Below, piece after piece: positions 40,042 through 48,350 of a stretch of DNA of 64,000 nucleotides. Position numbers and translations under genes: made by a program. Within the stretch, counting starts at the first letter, position 1, and every line of letters starts with the position of its first letter. Where the stretch lies: the sequence record SRR31156797_8480. One strand, given 5' to 3'. The notes under the pieces were generated by a model. That model did not search any database, was not told where the DNA came from, and was given only the letters and a program-made list of their open reading frames with translations.

Positions 40042-40359
40042 TTGTTGGCTCTTGCAATTATTCGTGTGACTGATTTCAAACCTAGACAGTTAGCCTCGTT
40101 GAAATGCATAAATGTTGAGGTTGCTGAACATTTACGAAAGCATGGTGCTTCACAAGATCTCAGTTCGATCCTGTCCATGTCAACAAGCGCAAAAATTACG
40201 GTCTCTATCGGCTGCTCTAATTTGTGTCAGTCTTCTTCTATGGATGGAGTATTGAAGCTCGCAGATGACGCACTTTACAAAGCGAAACAAAATGGTCGCA
40301 ATCAAGTGTGTTTTTCTCATGCAGAGTTATCCAGCAAAGCCCATTTGAAGATCGTTTAG
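40042..40359 (+). pseudogene. Truncated diguanylate cyclase (C-terminal part of a GGDEF domain only)
   Basis: VAEHLRK...ITVSIG...LKLADDALYKAKQNGRNQV present, but no GG(D/E)EF motif and no clear start or SD. Confidence 0.7.
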
Positions 40360-40377
40360 AATTGAAGGTTGCAACTG

Positions 40378-40404
40378 AAAAACGCCTCGAAAATTCAAGG
40401 CGTT
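40378..40404 (-). terminator. Terminator of the PEP-CTERM gene
   Basis: Minus strand AACGCCTTGAA-TT-TTCGAGGCGTT followed by a T-run. Confidence 0.7.
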
Positions 40405-40416
40405 CATCTCTGAAGG

Positions 40417-41100
40417 TTAAGCGGCTTTTCGTTTGTTAACGGCTCTTATAGCGAATAGCCCTAGCCCCAAGAATAAGAGAGAGGAAGGTTCGGGTACCGG
40501 TACACTTTGTGATTCGAATCGGATGGTTTGCCCTTGTAAATCGAAATCACCGTTGAATAACTGGTAGCTCGTCTCGAGGTTTGACCAAATAGGGGCAGTA
40601 GAGAAGTCAACTGCAGAACCGATGTCGTTGCCAGCAGTAATACCGACAAGCATGTCCGAAGTACTTAAGTTTTCAAAAAACAGCTCAATAGAGTTGTCAC
40701 TGAAAATGGTGATGTCGAAACTGTTTTGGTCACTGTTTCCAAATTGCGGAACCAGATCGAAACTGACTTTAAAATAGGAAGCGGTACTGGTTGTTGTCAC
40801 TGTGCCGGCCGAACTAGGATCAAAATCGTCCCAGATGGCGATTTTGGGCTCACTATCACTACTTAAAAACTGAGTCACCGATTTTGTCCAATCAGTACTT
40901 CCTTTCCCAAAGGTTAAAAAGCCATTGGAGCCTACAAAGACACTATTGTAGGTTTTACCAAAAAACGTAAAGTCAAAATCGAGAAGTTGTTCAGAATAAT
41001 CATCATCAACAAGTGAAATAACGCCAGCATTGACCGATAAAGGTGTCGCTAAAAGCGCAGCGATAAATAGAGTTTTAAGCGATTTCAAAAATCTTCTCAC
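40417..41100 (-). CDS. Secreted nidogen(NIDO)-like domain protein with a PEP-CTERM sorting signal
   Basis: GAGGA SD and GTG start, signal peptide ending VNA, FDFTFFGKTYNSVFVGSNGFLTF NIDO-like motif, C-terminal VPEPSSLLFLGLGLFAIRAVNKRKAA. Confidence 0.85.
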   Translation of the reverse strand: MRRFLKSLKTLFIAALLATPLSVNAGVISLVDDDYSEQLLDFDFTFFGKTYNSVFVGSNGFLTFGKGSTDWTKSVTQFLSSDSEPKIAIWDDFDPSSAGTVTTTSTASYFKVSFDLVPQFGNSDQNSFDITIFSDNSIELFFENLSTSDMLVGITAGNDIGSAVDFSTAPIWSNLETSYQLFNGDFDLQGQTIRFESQSVPVPEPSSLLFLGLGLFAIRAVNKRKAA

Positions 41101-41536
41101 GGTATCCTCATTATTTTTGTTATCAGGTTTAAAAGTCTTACTTAACGGAATTACGCTGAGGTAACTTTTAAATAAACGTGTTGGTAACAGGCAACAGCTT
41201 ATCGCGATTAAATACGATAGAACTGGGTCTCAATAACTTAAAGGTTAGTCTGATTCAGTTAGTTTATCGTCAGTAAGGATTATATTTACTTGGCAGATTT
41301 ATTCACCTAATTGGATGAGTCATTTTTGAGAAATAGTGATAAAACTACATTTTTAATGAGAGCGTTATTGGAAGCTTGGGGTAAGGCTGACCTTATAGTA
41401 TTCGGTAGGTTTTTGGTGTGTTTATTAAAAAACGTTTGTTTATTATCTTAAGTGTGCGTGGAAAGTCATTGACCTGATTTATTAACTCATTGAATATTAA
41501 CCATGTTTTCATTTGGCAGTGTTAGGTAATGATTTT

Positions 41537-42022
41537 ATGTTTAAAGAAATTTCTAAATCAGAGTTTGAGTCGTTTTGGCCAACTTTTTCAACAGTGATTC
41601 AAGCACAGGAAACGTACGCGTTCGATCCTGATATGACAATGGAACAGGCATTTGAACTTTGGTGTCAAATGCCATTGAAAGCTTATGCCTATGTTGAAAA
41701 TGAAATCGTTGTGGGTACGTATTACCTCAAACCCAATGCGATGGGGCCAAGTGACCATATATGTAACTGTGGGTACATGGTTTCAAGTTCGGCCAGAGGA
41801 AAGGGCGTGGCGCGTAAAATGTGTGAACACTCTCAACAGCAAGCGATAAAGCTTGGTTTTAAAGCAATGCAATTTAATTGTGTGGTATCGACCAATACTG
41901 TGGCTGTTAACCTTTGGCAAAAGCTTGGGTTTTCAATTGTTGGCACCATCCCGAACGCATATCAACATGGTCGGTTAGGGTTGGTAGACAGCTACGTTAT
42001 GTATAAATGGCTAGAGAGTTAA
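41537..42022 (+). CDS. GNAT-family N-acetyltransferase
   Basis: ARGKGVAR acetyl-CoA motif and FNCVVSTNTVAVNLWQKLGF. Confidence 0.9.
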   Translation: MFKEISKSEFESFWPTFSTVIQAQETYAFDPDMTMEQAFELWCQMPLKAYAYVENEIVVGTYYLKPNAMGPSDHICNCGYMVSSSARGKGVARKMCEHSQQQAIKLGFKAMQFNCVVSTNTVAVNLWQKLGFSIVGTIPNAYQHGRLGLVDSYVMYKWLES

Positions 42023-42111
42023 GTTCAATTTCAAACGAGAGTTTTCTCGAGTTACAGGAATGACGCCAAGTGAATTTCGGAGAAAGGGGCGAGAAGCATC
42101 ATAGTGTTGTA

Positions 42112-43284
42112 TCACCAATCCCAGCGAACAGAAGCGTAAAGATGGGTTGTTGGGTTCGCACCAAACAGGCTTGAATTTGGGCCATCAAAATGCTGAATAC
42201 TGGCTGTGAGTTGCCAGTTATTCGCAATAGAGTATTGATTGCTGTAGGTGAAATAAACAGAGTGGTCTTGATAATAAATTACCGAAACTGTACTTCGGTT
42301 TAGCGGGGTGAGGTCGAATCCCGTTTCGGCATAACCAGTCAACCGTGTGAAACTCAAAGTTCGAGTAGAGAGTGGTTGAGTGAAATAATCCGCGGAGCTG
42401 TCAGGCGTTTGTGGGTGTGAAGTATGTAGTAAGCCAAACTTTACTATCCAGTTGCTTTGGCTAACAAAGCTATAATCGGTTTCTAAGCTGGTTAGGGTTG
42501 TTTCGCTTAAATGTACATTTTCGTTACGATCATCTGGAGCAAAATAGCTGCTTTCTCCGCGAAAGCCTGCACCATTGATATCTCCACTAAATCCAAGTCC
42601 GATGAACCGATCAAACTGCGCTTTTCCTGCGATGACCTGAGCGTCCCAGCCAGCATAATTGAAGGTGTATCGGCTAGCGTATCGCTGCTGGTGGTCTTGT
42701 TTTGATGGACTAAAGGCGAGTTCAATATTACTGGCGAATGAGAGCTGTCTACGCAGTAATAGGCCGTCGGTTCCTGGACGTTCTATATATTGGGTGTCAT
42801 AGACGGAATAGGTGTTGAAAACGTCGTTAGGATTCCAAATCGTCGTCATACCCCAATTGATACGAAAACGTCCCGCTCGTGCTAACCAATCTCTGTCTTG
42901 CCAAGTAAGGTAAACGCGATCAAGTTGAGTATTTGCTACAAACTTTTCTTTCTCTGACCAGTTATGCGATAGGTCAAAGTAACCACTGTCTCGACTGTAC
43001 CAGTGTGCAAAACCGTTAGCTTGCACGGTATCGCCATAGACAACTCGATTACGCATTGCGGCATTGAAGCGAAAGCCGGAGGTATAGCGATACTCGTAGT
43101 TGAATCGTTGTTGTATCGATTGTTCTAAAGCGTTACTCGAATTGTCGAACCAGTAGTGGCTAATTCTATAATCGATATAACCATCTAGATTCCAAGCCTT
43201 TTGTGGCTCGAGGCCGGGGATTTGCGCGATGCATGGAGCGCTAATAATCAAGGTGAAGATAAAGCTGAGGATTGAGCTTCTCAT
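42112..43284 (-). CDS. Probable outer-membrane beta-barrel protein
   Basis: Signal peptide, alternating aromatic beta-strands, DRVYL / GRFRINWG / NPNDVFN motifs, C-terminal Trp. Confidence 0.7.
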   Translation of the reverse strand: MRSSILSFIFTLIISAPCIAQIPGLEPQKAWNLDGYIDYRISHYWFDNSSNALEQSIQQRFNYEYRYTSGFRFNAAMRNRVVYGDTVQANGFAHWYSRDSGYFDLSHNWSEKEKFVANTQLDRVYLTWQDRDWLARAGRFRINWGMTTIWNPNDVFNTYSVYDTQYIERPGTDGLLLRRQLSFASNIELAFSPSKQDHQQRYASRYTFNYAGWDAQVIAGKAQFDRFIGLGFSGDINGAGFRGESSYFAPDDRNENVHLSETTLTSLETDYSFVSQSNWIVKFGLLHTSHPQTPDSSADYFTQPLSTRTLSFTRLTGYAETGFDLTPLNRSTVSVIYYQDHSVYFTYSNQYSIANNWQLTASIQHFDGPNSSLFGANPTTHLYASVRWDW

Positions 43285-43302
43285 AAGGCTGACCGTAACA
43301 AC

Positions 43303-43992
43303 TTACTGACTGTTTAAACGATCAGAGGTAAGGCGACCATCTTCAAACACGATGACACGTTTTGCTCGTTTGATGACGCGAGGGTCATGGGTCGAAAAAA
43401 TAAAAGTTGTTCCTTCTTTTTCGTTAAGTTGTTGCATGATATCGAGCAGTTCCGCTGTGCTCTCTGCATCTAAATTTGCTGTTGGTTCGTCTGCCATTAT
43501 AAAACGAGGTCGAGAAGCTAACGCCCTTGCGACTGCCACTCTTTGCTGCTGTCCTCCTGATAACTTGTTTGGTCGCTTGTTGATCTGCGTTTCCAAGCCA
43601 ACCTGTTTGAGTAATTCGGTTGCTCTTTGTCGGCAGTCACTTTCAGCTTTTCCTTGTAGTTGCATGATAAATTCGACGTTTTCTAACGCGGTTAGCACAG
43701 GAAGTAAACTATAGTCCTGGAAAATGAACCCGATATGATCACGACGAAACGCGATTTGTTGTTTCTCAGTCAAAGCGCAGATATTGCAGCCATCAATGTC
43801 GACTTTGCCTGAGGTGGGTTTATCTATTCCACCCAGTAAGTTGAGTAGGGTTGTTTTTCCTGAACCGGATGGTCCCATGATGGCAACAAACTCTCCCTGT
43901 TCTATGTTCAAATCTAACTCACGTACCGCATGAACGGGGAAATCAGAATCTGGGTTGTAAACTTTCGATAGTTTGGAGGTCTTAATGCTCAT
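43303..43992 (-). CDS. ABC transporter ATP-binding protein (LolD/MacB-like)
   Basis: GPSGSGKTT, LSGGQQQRVA, ADEPTANLD and STHD motifs. Confidence 0.93.
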   Translation of the reverse strand: MSIKTSKLSKVYNPDSDFPVHAVRELDLNIEQGEFVAIMGPSGSGKTTLLNLLGGIDKPTSGKVDIDGCNICALTEKQQIAFRRDHIGFIFQDYSLLPVLTALENVEFIMQLQGKAESDCRQRATELLKQVGLETQINKRPNKLSGGQQQRVAVARALASRPRFIMADEPTANLDAESTAELLDIMQQLNEKEGTTFIFSTHDPRVIKRAKRVIVFEDGRLTSDRLNSQ

Positions 43993-45227
43993 TAATGTTT
44001 CTCCGCCATTGCCTGAGCTGGTTTCTCCTTGAGGATTTGTAGGGCTGGATATAGCGCCGCGATTAATGCTGACACTGCTACCGTAACAAATATCACCAAG
44101 TACTCACTCACCGAAACTCGAGGATACAAAATGGTATCCACGCCATATGCCCCTAATCCTTCTGCCATACTGCCCAGAGGTAAACCTGTTAGTTGCAGAA
44201 TCTGGATTAACGCGAGACAGCCAATTAATCCGAGCGTTGCACCACAGATACCCATCCAAAAGCTTTCTAACAAGATCAGGCTGAAAATTTTGTGTTTCTG
44301 CATGCCCACGGCCATCAATACACCAAACTCTTGAGTGCGTTCAAACACAGACATCAGTATGACGTTAATAATGCCAAACCCCATCGCTAGCATGAAAATA
44401 CCTAACATGATGGCGCTGCTCACGCCCATTGTGGCGAGCATGGATGCTAACAATGGTTGTACTTGGGTCCAGTCTCGAGCGATGTTTGGTGGAGTCAAAT
44501 CGCTGGCTATATGCTGGCGAAACGCAATAACGGATCTTCTGTCGTTCGCACTTTGTTTCTCTTTCATCAGCAGCGCAATTTCATGTACTCCTTTGATAGC
44601 TGCAACTTTACGTAAGTCATCTATTGGAACGTAGACGTTGATGTCGTCAAAATTGGTAGAAGGGGACTTGTAGATCCCTTTCACTCGAAATGCCGCACCA
44701 GTGACTTCGCCATGACCATCGGTAAATGTCAGTACGGCTTTTGAGCCTACTCGTAGTTTTAGCCGTGTTGCGGTTTTCTGGGAGATGATGAGTGGTTTTT
44801 TATCTCCTGAAGAAAACCAGCCTCCTTGCTTTATATTGATCGCTAACGGTGTTTGCTTGGCTTCTTGGTTTATATTGATCCCATTAATTCGAACACCTTT
44901 ATTACTGTGAGCAGAACCAATCATGCCGTCGACAAGGAAGCGCGCCGAAAAGGAGAGTATTTGGGGATCCTCCGATAACTGTTGTAATAGTTCATCAGAA
45001 TTAACAATGGTAGCGTTGATATCAGGATTATCGAGGTAGCGTTTATTGTGGATTTGTACGTGGCTGATCTGCCAAGATATGGCATTGTTGACCATGTTAT
45101 CGACCATCCCTGACATAAACCCGATGATAACGACCATACCCATTAAACCAAACACCATTGCACCGAGCATAATTCCGGTTCGTAGTTTGTTTCGCCACAG
45201 GTTACGCCAAGCGAGTTTAATCAGCAT
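43992..45227 (-). CDS. FtsX/MacB-type ABC permease (LolC/E-like)
   Basis: AWRNLWRNKLR, large periplasmic domain, SVFERTQEFGVLMAVG and C-terminal YPA motif. Confidence 0.9.
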   Translation of the reverse strand: MLIKLAWRNLWRNKLRTGIMLGAMVFGLMGMVVIIGFMSGMVDNMVNNAISWQISHVQIHNKRYLDNPDINATIVNSDELLQQLSEDPQILSFSARFLVDGMIGSAHSNKGVRINGININQEAKQTPLAINIKQGGWFSSGDKKPLIISQKTATRLKLRVGSKAVLTFTDGHGEVTGAAFRVKGIYKSPSTNFDDINVYVPIDDLRKVAAIKGVHEIALLMKEKQSANDRRSVIAFRQHIASDLTPPNIARDWTQVQPLLASMLATMGVSSAIMLGIFMLAMGFGIINVILMSVFERTQEFGVLMAVGMQKHKIFSLILLESFWMGICGATLGLIGCLALIQILQLTGLPLGSMAEGLGAYGVDTILYPRVSVSEYLVIFVTVAVSALIAALYPALQILKEKPAQAMAEKH

Positions 45228-46446
45228 GTGCGCCTCCTTTTAGGCTATTAGCAAGATTTAGCCTAATAATTCGCACCAGAGGGTAAATCAAACTGACCAG
45301 TAACAGCGTAATCACCGCGATGATTTGGTTGCTAACCATTGATGTGGTCACTTGTACCGGAATAATCGGTTCGAATCCTGATTCCAGCATCATCTGCGCA
45401 GCATCGCCGGTCATCTGTATCGGATTGAAATACAAGTAACCGAGTACAGGAAATGACAGTATGAGACCAAACCCAATCCCGAGGATAGAGATAAACAGTG
45501 ACTCTGTAACGACCAGTGTTGCCAGTTTAGACCTTAGCATCCCCGTAGCTAGCATCACGGCAAACTCACGCTGCCTTTCGAGCGTCATCATCGTAATGGT
45601 GGCAAACAACCCAAAACCGACAACGCCATACAAAATATACAGCATAAAGATGCCGCTGATTTTATCCATCGTGATTTGTTGCGCCAGTTCAGGTGCCAGC
45701 TGTTGCCAGCTCTGAACATTAACCTTGTTTGAATAACTGAGTTTTAGTGATTGTGCTGTTTGGTTTATTTCACTTAAATCGTGAGTATGTAACACCCAAG
45801 CCGTTACCTGCATCCCTGTAGAATAGAGTTCTTGTGCTAAGGTCAGGGGCATATAAATCAGTTGGCTGTCTAATTGAGGCAATGGAAAACGAAGTATGCC
45901 TTTTACTGGGTATAAACCGGCTGCCGTTTGACCATGGTAACCTTGTCCATAGAGGATGATTTTGTCCCCGACTTGTAGATTAAAATAATTGGCGAGCCTT
46001 TCTCCGATCAGGACCTGACGATCGTCGTTAGTCAGGTAGTTACCGTGAATGAGCTTTTGGCTTAGATGGGAGTAAACGTCTTCTTGGCTTGGAACAGCAC
46101 CAATCACCATCACGCCTTTAGAGCGTTCACCGGATGCCGCTAAAGCAAATGACTCTAGACGAGGAAGATAGAATGAGATTTGTTTGTTACTGAGGACGGG
46201 TTGTAAAAACTCGTCATTCATAGGGAGTAAGTCGTTGATACTGTGGCTTTCTTTGTAGTCAGGATGCTGTAATTGGATCAAACCTGTGTAAAAACGGGCC
46301 GCGTTACCAATACTGATGGCATAGCTACCTTCTTGCATTGCTCGCATGGTAAGCGATAAAAAAAGGGCGAGAGCAAGGGCAGACGCAGTCAATACGGTTC
46401 GCCGTTTTTGCCTCCAAATATTGCGCCAAGCCAGAGTCACTAACAT
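45217..46446 (-). CDS. FtsX/MacB-type ABC permease (LolC/E-like)
   Basis: AWRNIWRQKRR and TLERQREFAVMLATGM; overlaps the next permease. Confidence 0.9.
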   Translation of the reverse strand: MLVTLAWRNIWRQKRRTVLTASALALALFLSLTMRAMQEGSYAISIGNAARFYTGLIQLQHPDYKESHSINDLLPMNDEFLQPVLSNKQISFYLPRLESFALAASGERSKGVMVIGAVPSQEDVYSHLSQKLIHGNYLTNDDRQVLIGERLANYFNLQVGDKIILYGQGYHGQTAAGLYPVKGILRFPLPQLDSQLIYMPLTLAQELYSTGMQVTAWVLHTHDLSEINQTAQSLKLSYSNKVNVQSWQQLAPELAQQITMDKISGIFMLYILYGVVGFGLFATITMMTLERQREFAVMLATGMLRSKLATLVVTESLFISILGIGFGLILSFPVLGYLYFNPIQMTGDAAQMMLESGFEPIIPVQVTTSMVSNQIIAVITLLLVSLIYPLVRIIRLNLANSLKGGAHAD

Positions 46447-46449
46447 CCG

Positions 46450-47202
46450 TTAGTCCCTTAATTGTTTCATCTGCTGTTGTGAGAAAAACGTCTCTTCTAT
46501 AGCGAAGTCAAATTGGGCTTCATGGGTAACAAACTCGGTTTTGTAGCCAGGTTTGTTCGCAGGGATCATTTCAAGACGTGTAGCCAAAGTTCGGCCGCCC
46601 ATCGGTTTAATATCGAAGGTCTGCATAGTGTTGACCAGTTCGTCAAACTCATCGAAAAACTCGACTTTACGCTGCAAATAGGTTTGCTTAGATATCCATA
46701 ACCTAACACGGCTCCAGACTACTGGGGCATCCGGTTTGGCGATGGCATCGACAACATAAGCCGTTTCACTGTCGAACGATTCTTCTTTTATCAGTTGGTG
46801 GTCATAATCGACAACGATCGATGATTGGTTAATTAAATCATCATTGGTGAAATCGGATCCCATCCAAGATTGACTTAGCATTGATGGTGCTATTTTGATA
46901 ACACGCTCGATTGCCGGTACCCAGTTCCACATTTCTCGATAGCGCTTTAGTGACACTGTCCCGCTGTCTTTCGCTGGCGCTGTCACTAACACAAGAGAGA
47001 AATCACGGCCTTTGGTCCAGCTTTTCATACTCATGCTTCGAGTCCAATCTGGACGAATGATGCGCATGGTAGCGACAGAATAGCTTGATTCCCCACGCAT
47101 CTGCTTGTCGGATCTATCGACAATATCAGTCGCACTCTCAGAAAAGGCGAGCGGGAGGTATAGCAACCCACAAAGCAAAATTACCCAGTGAACTAATTTC
47201 AT
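46450..47202 (-). CDS. LolA-like periplasmic protein (outer membrane lipoprotein-sorting protein family)
   Basis: Signal peptide ending AFS; APAKDSGT, MWNWVP and SWMGSDFTNDD motifs; GAGGA SD before ATG 47202. Confidence 0.82.
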   Translation of the reverse strand: MKLVHWVILLCGLLYLPLAFSESATDIVDRSDKQMRGESSYSVATMRIIRPDWTRSMSMKSWTKGRDFSLVLVTAPAKDSGTVSLKRYREMWNWVPAIERVIKIAPSMLSQSWMGSDFTNDDLINQSSIVVDYDHQLIKEESFDSETAYVVDAIAKPDAPVVWSRVRLWISKQTYLQRKVEFFDEFDELVNTMQTFDIKPMGGRTLATRLEMIPANKPGYKTEFVTHEAQFDFAIEETFFSQQQMKQLRD

Positions 47203-47323
47203 CAATTTTCCTCAGATATCAATTACTCACATATCAATAACTCTAGAGGCTTAATGAGCTGTTTGTTCTGGGGTAGGTCGCAATTTAATGGAAAATGTCC
47301 AACAAGGGTTGGTAAGAGAAGAG

Positions 47324-47350
47324 AAAAAAGCCAGAGAAAATCTCTGGCTT
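47324..47350 (-). terminator. Terminator of the ATP-grasp operon
   Basis: AAGCCAGAGA-N3-TCTCTGGCTT with a T-run on the minus strand. Confidence 0.8.
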
Positions 47351-47374
47351 AAATATGATGTTGATTAGATAGAG

Positions 47375-48349
47375 CTACGCTTCTTTGACACCAAAATGCT
47401 TGGCTGAGTATTTAACGCGCTCTTCAGCTGAAGGGTAAACCATTGGAGTACCCAAGTTTTCAATATGCTGAAGACGGGGTAGAAGTCCAGCACCGTTCGC
47501 TATCTGGATAGCAAGGCCTGGTCGAGCGTTAAGCTCAAGCACCATTGGCCCCTCTTCTTTATCCAGTACCATATCGGTGCCCATGTAACCAAGTCCGGTC
47601 ATTTCCCAGGCACTCGCAGCGAGCGTTAATAGGCGCTCCCAATGAGGGACTTGTAAAGTATTGAGCTGCTTGTCCGTGTCAGGATGAAGAGTGATCGGGC
47701 GGTTAAACTGTACCGCTCGGACTGCTTTACCGGTCGCGATATCGATACCTACGCCAACAGCACCTTGGTGCAAGTTAGCTTTACCATCCGATGCCGAAGT
47801 AGACAGGCGCATCATTGCCATCACTGGGTAGCCTTTAAATACGATGATACGTACATCAGGAACACCTTCGTAACTGAAGCCATCGAAACAATCATCGAAC
47901 TTGATTAGATTCTCGACGACCGCAACGTCATTCTTACCACCTAATGAGAAAAGACCCGCCAGTGCGTTACTGACGTGTCGCTCTACATCCTCTTTATTGA
48001 TGGTTGAACCTGAAGGTTTGGTGTATACGCCATCTTTGTGTGAGGTGATAACCAGTATACCTTTACCGCCACTGCCGCGAGCAGGCTTTATGACAAAGCC
48101 TTGCCAGTCTTTAACCATTTCGTGAATGTGTTTTACATCACCTTGGTTACTGACCACACCAATTAACTTAGGTACGGTACAACCGGCTGTTTCAGCAATC
48201 AGCTTAGTTTTTAGTTTGTCATCCACTAATGGGTATTTTGAACGGTCATTGTAGCGACCAATATACGCATGGTTGCGTTTGTTCATTCCCATGATCCCTT
48301 TACGCTTCAACTTAAAGGGAGAGGTGTACTCAGAGAGATTAAATATCAT
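47375..48349 (-). CDS. Alpha-L-glutamate ligase-like ATP-grasp protein (RimK-related)
   Basis: LVDDKLKTK, FVIKPARGSGGKGI, ANLHQG and LELNARPG motifs. Confidence 0.88.
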   Translation of the reverse strand: MIFNLSEYTSPFKLKRKGIMGMNKRNHAYIGRYNDRSKYPLVDDKLKTKLIAETAGCTVPKLIGVVSNQGDVKHIHEMVKDWQGFVIKPARGSGGKGILVITSHKDGVYTKPSGSTINKEDVERHVSNALAGLFSLGGKNDVAVVENLIKFDDCFDGFSYEGVPDVRIIVFKGYPVMAMMRLSTSASDGKANLHQGAVGVGIDIATGKAVRAVQFNRPITLHPDTDKQLNTLQVPHWERLLTLAASAWEMTGLGYMGTDMVLDKEEGPMVLELNARPGLAIQIANGAGLLPRLQHIENLGTPMVYPSAEERVKYSAKHFGVKEA

Positions 48350-48350
48350 A

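Noticed and set aside
41101-41536. Sigma54 promoter or PrsR enhancer expected upstream of a PEP-CTERM gene
   Set aside because: No convincing TGGCAC-N5-TTGC found on the minus strand.
42035-42066. Short palindrome ending in GGAATGACG, reminiscent of small intergenic repeats
   Set aside because: Single, degenerate copy in the window; no second copy to define a repeat family.
46950-46962. matS-like sites: GTGACACTGTCCC here, GTGACGCCGTTAC at 10082-10094, and weaker cores at ~2284 and ~20100
   Set aside because: None is a perfect GTGACRNYGTCAC; cannot be separated from chance without a genome-wide count.
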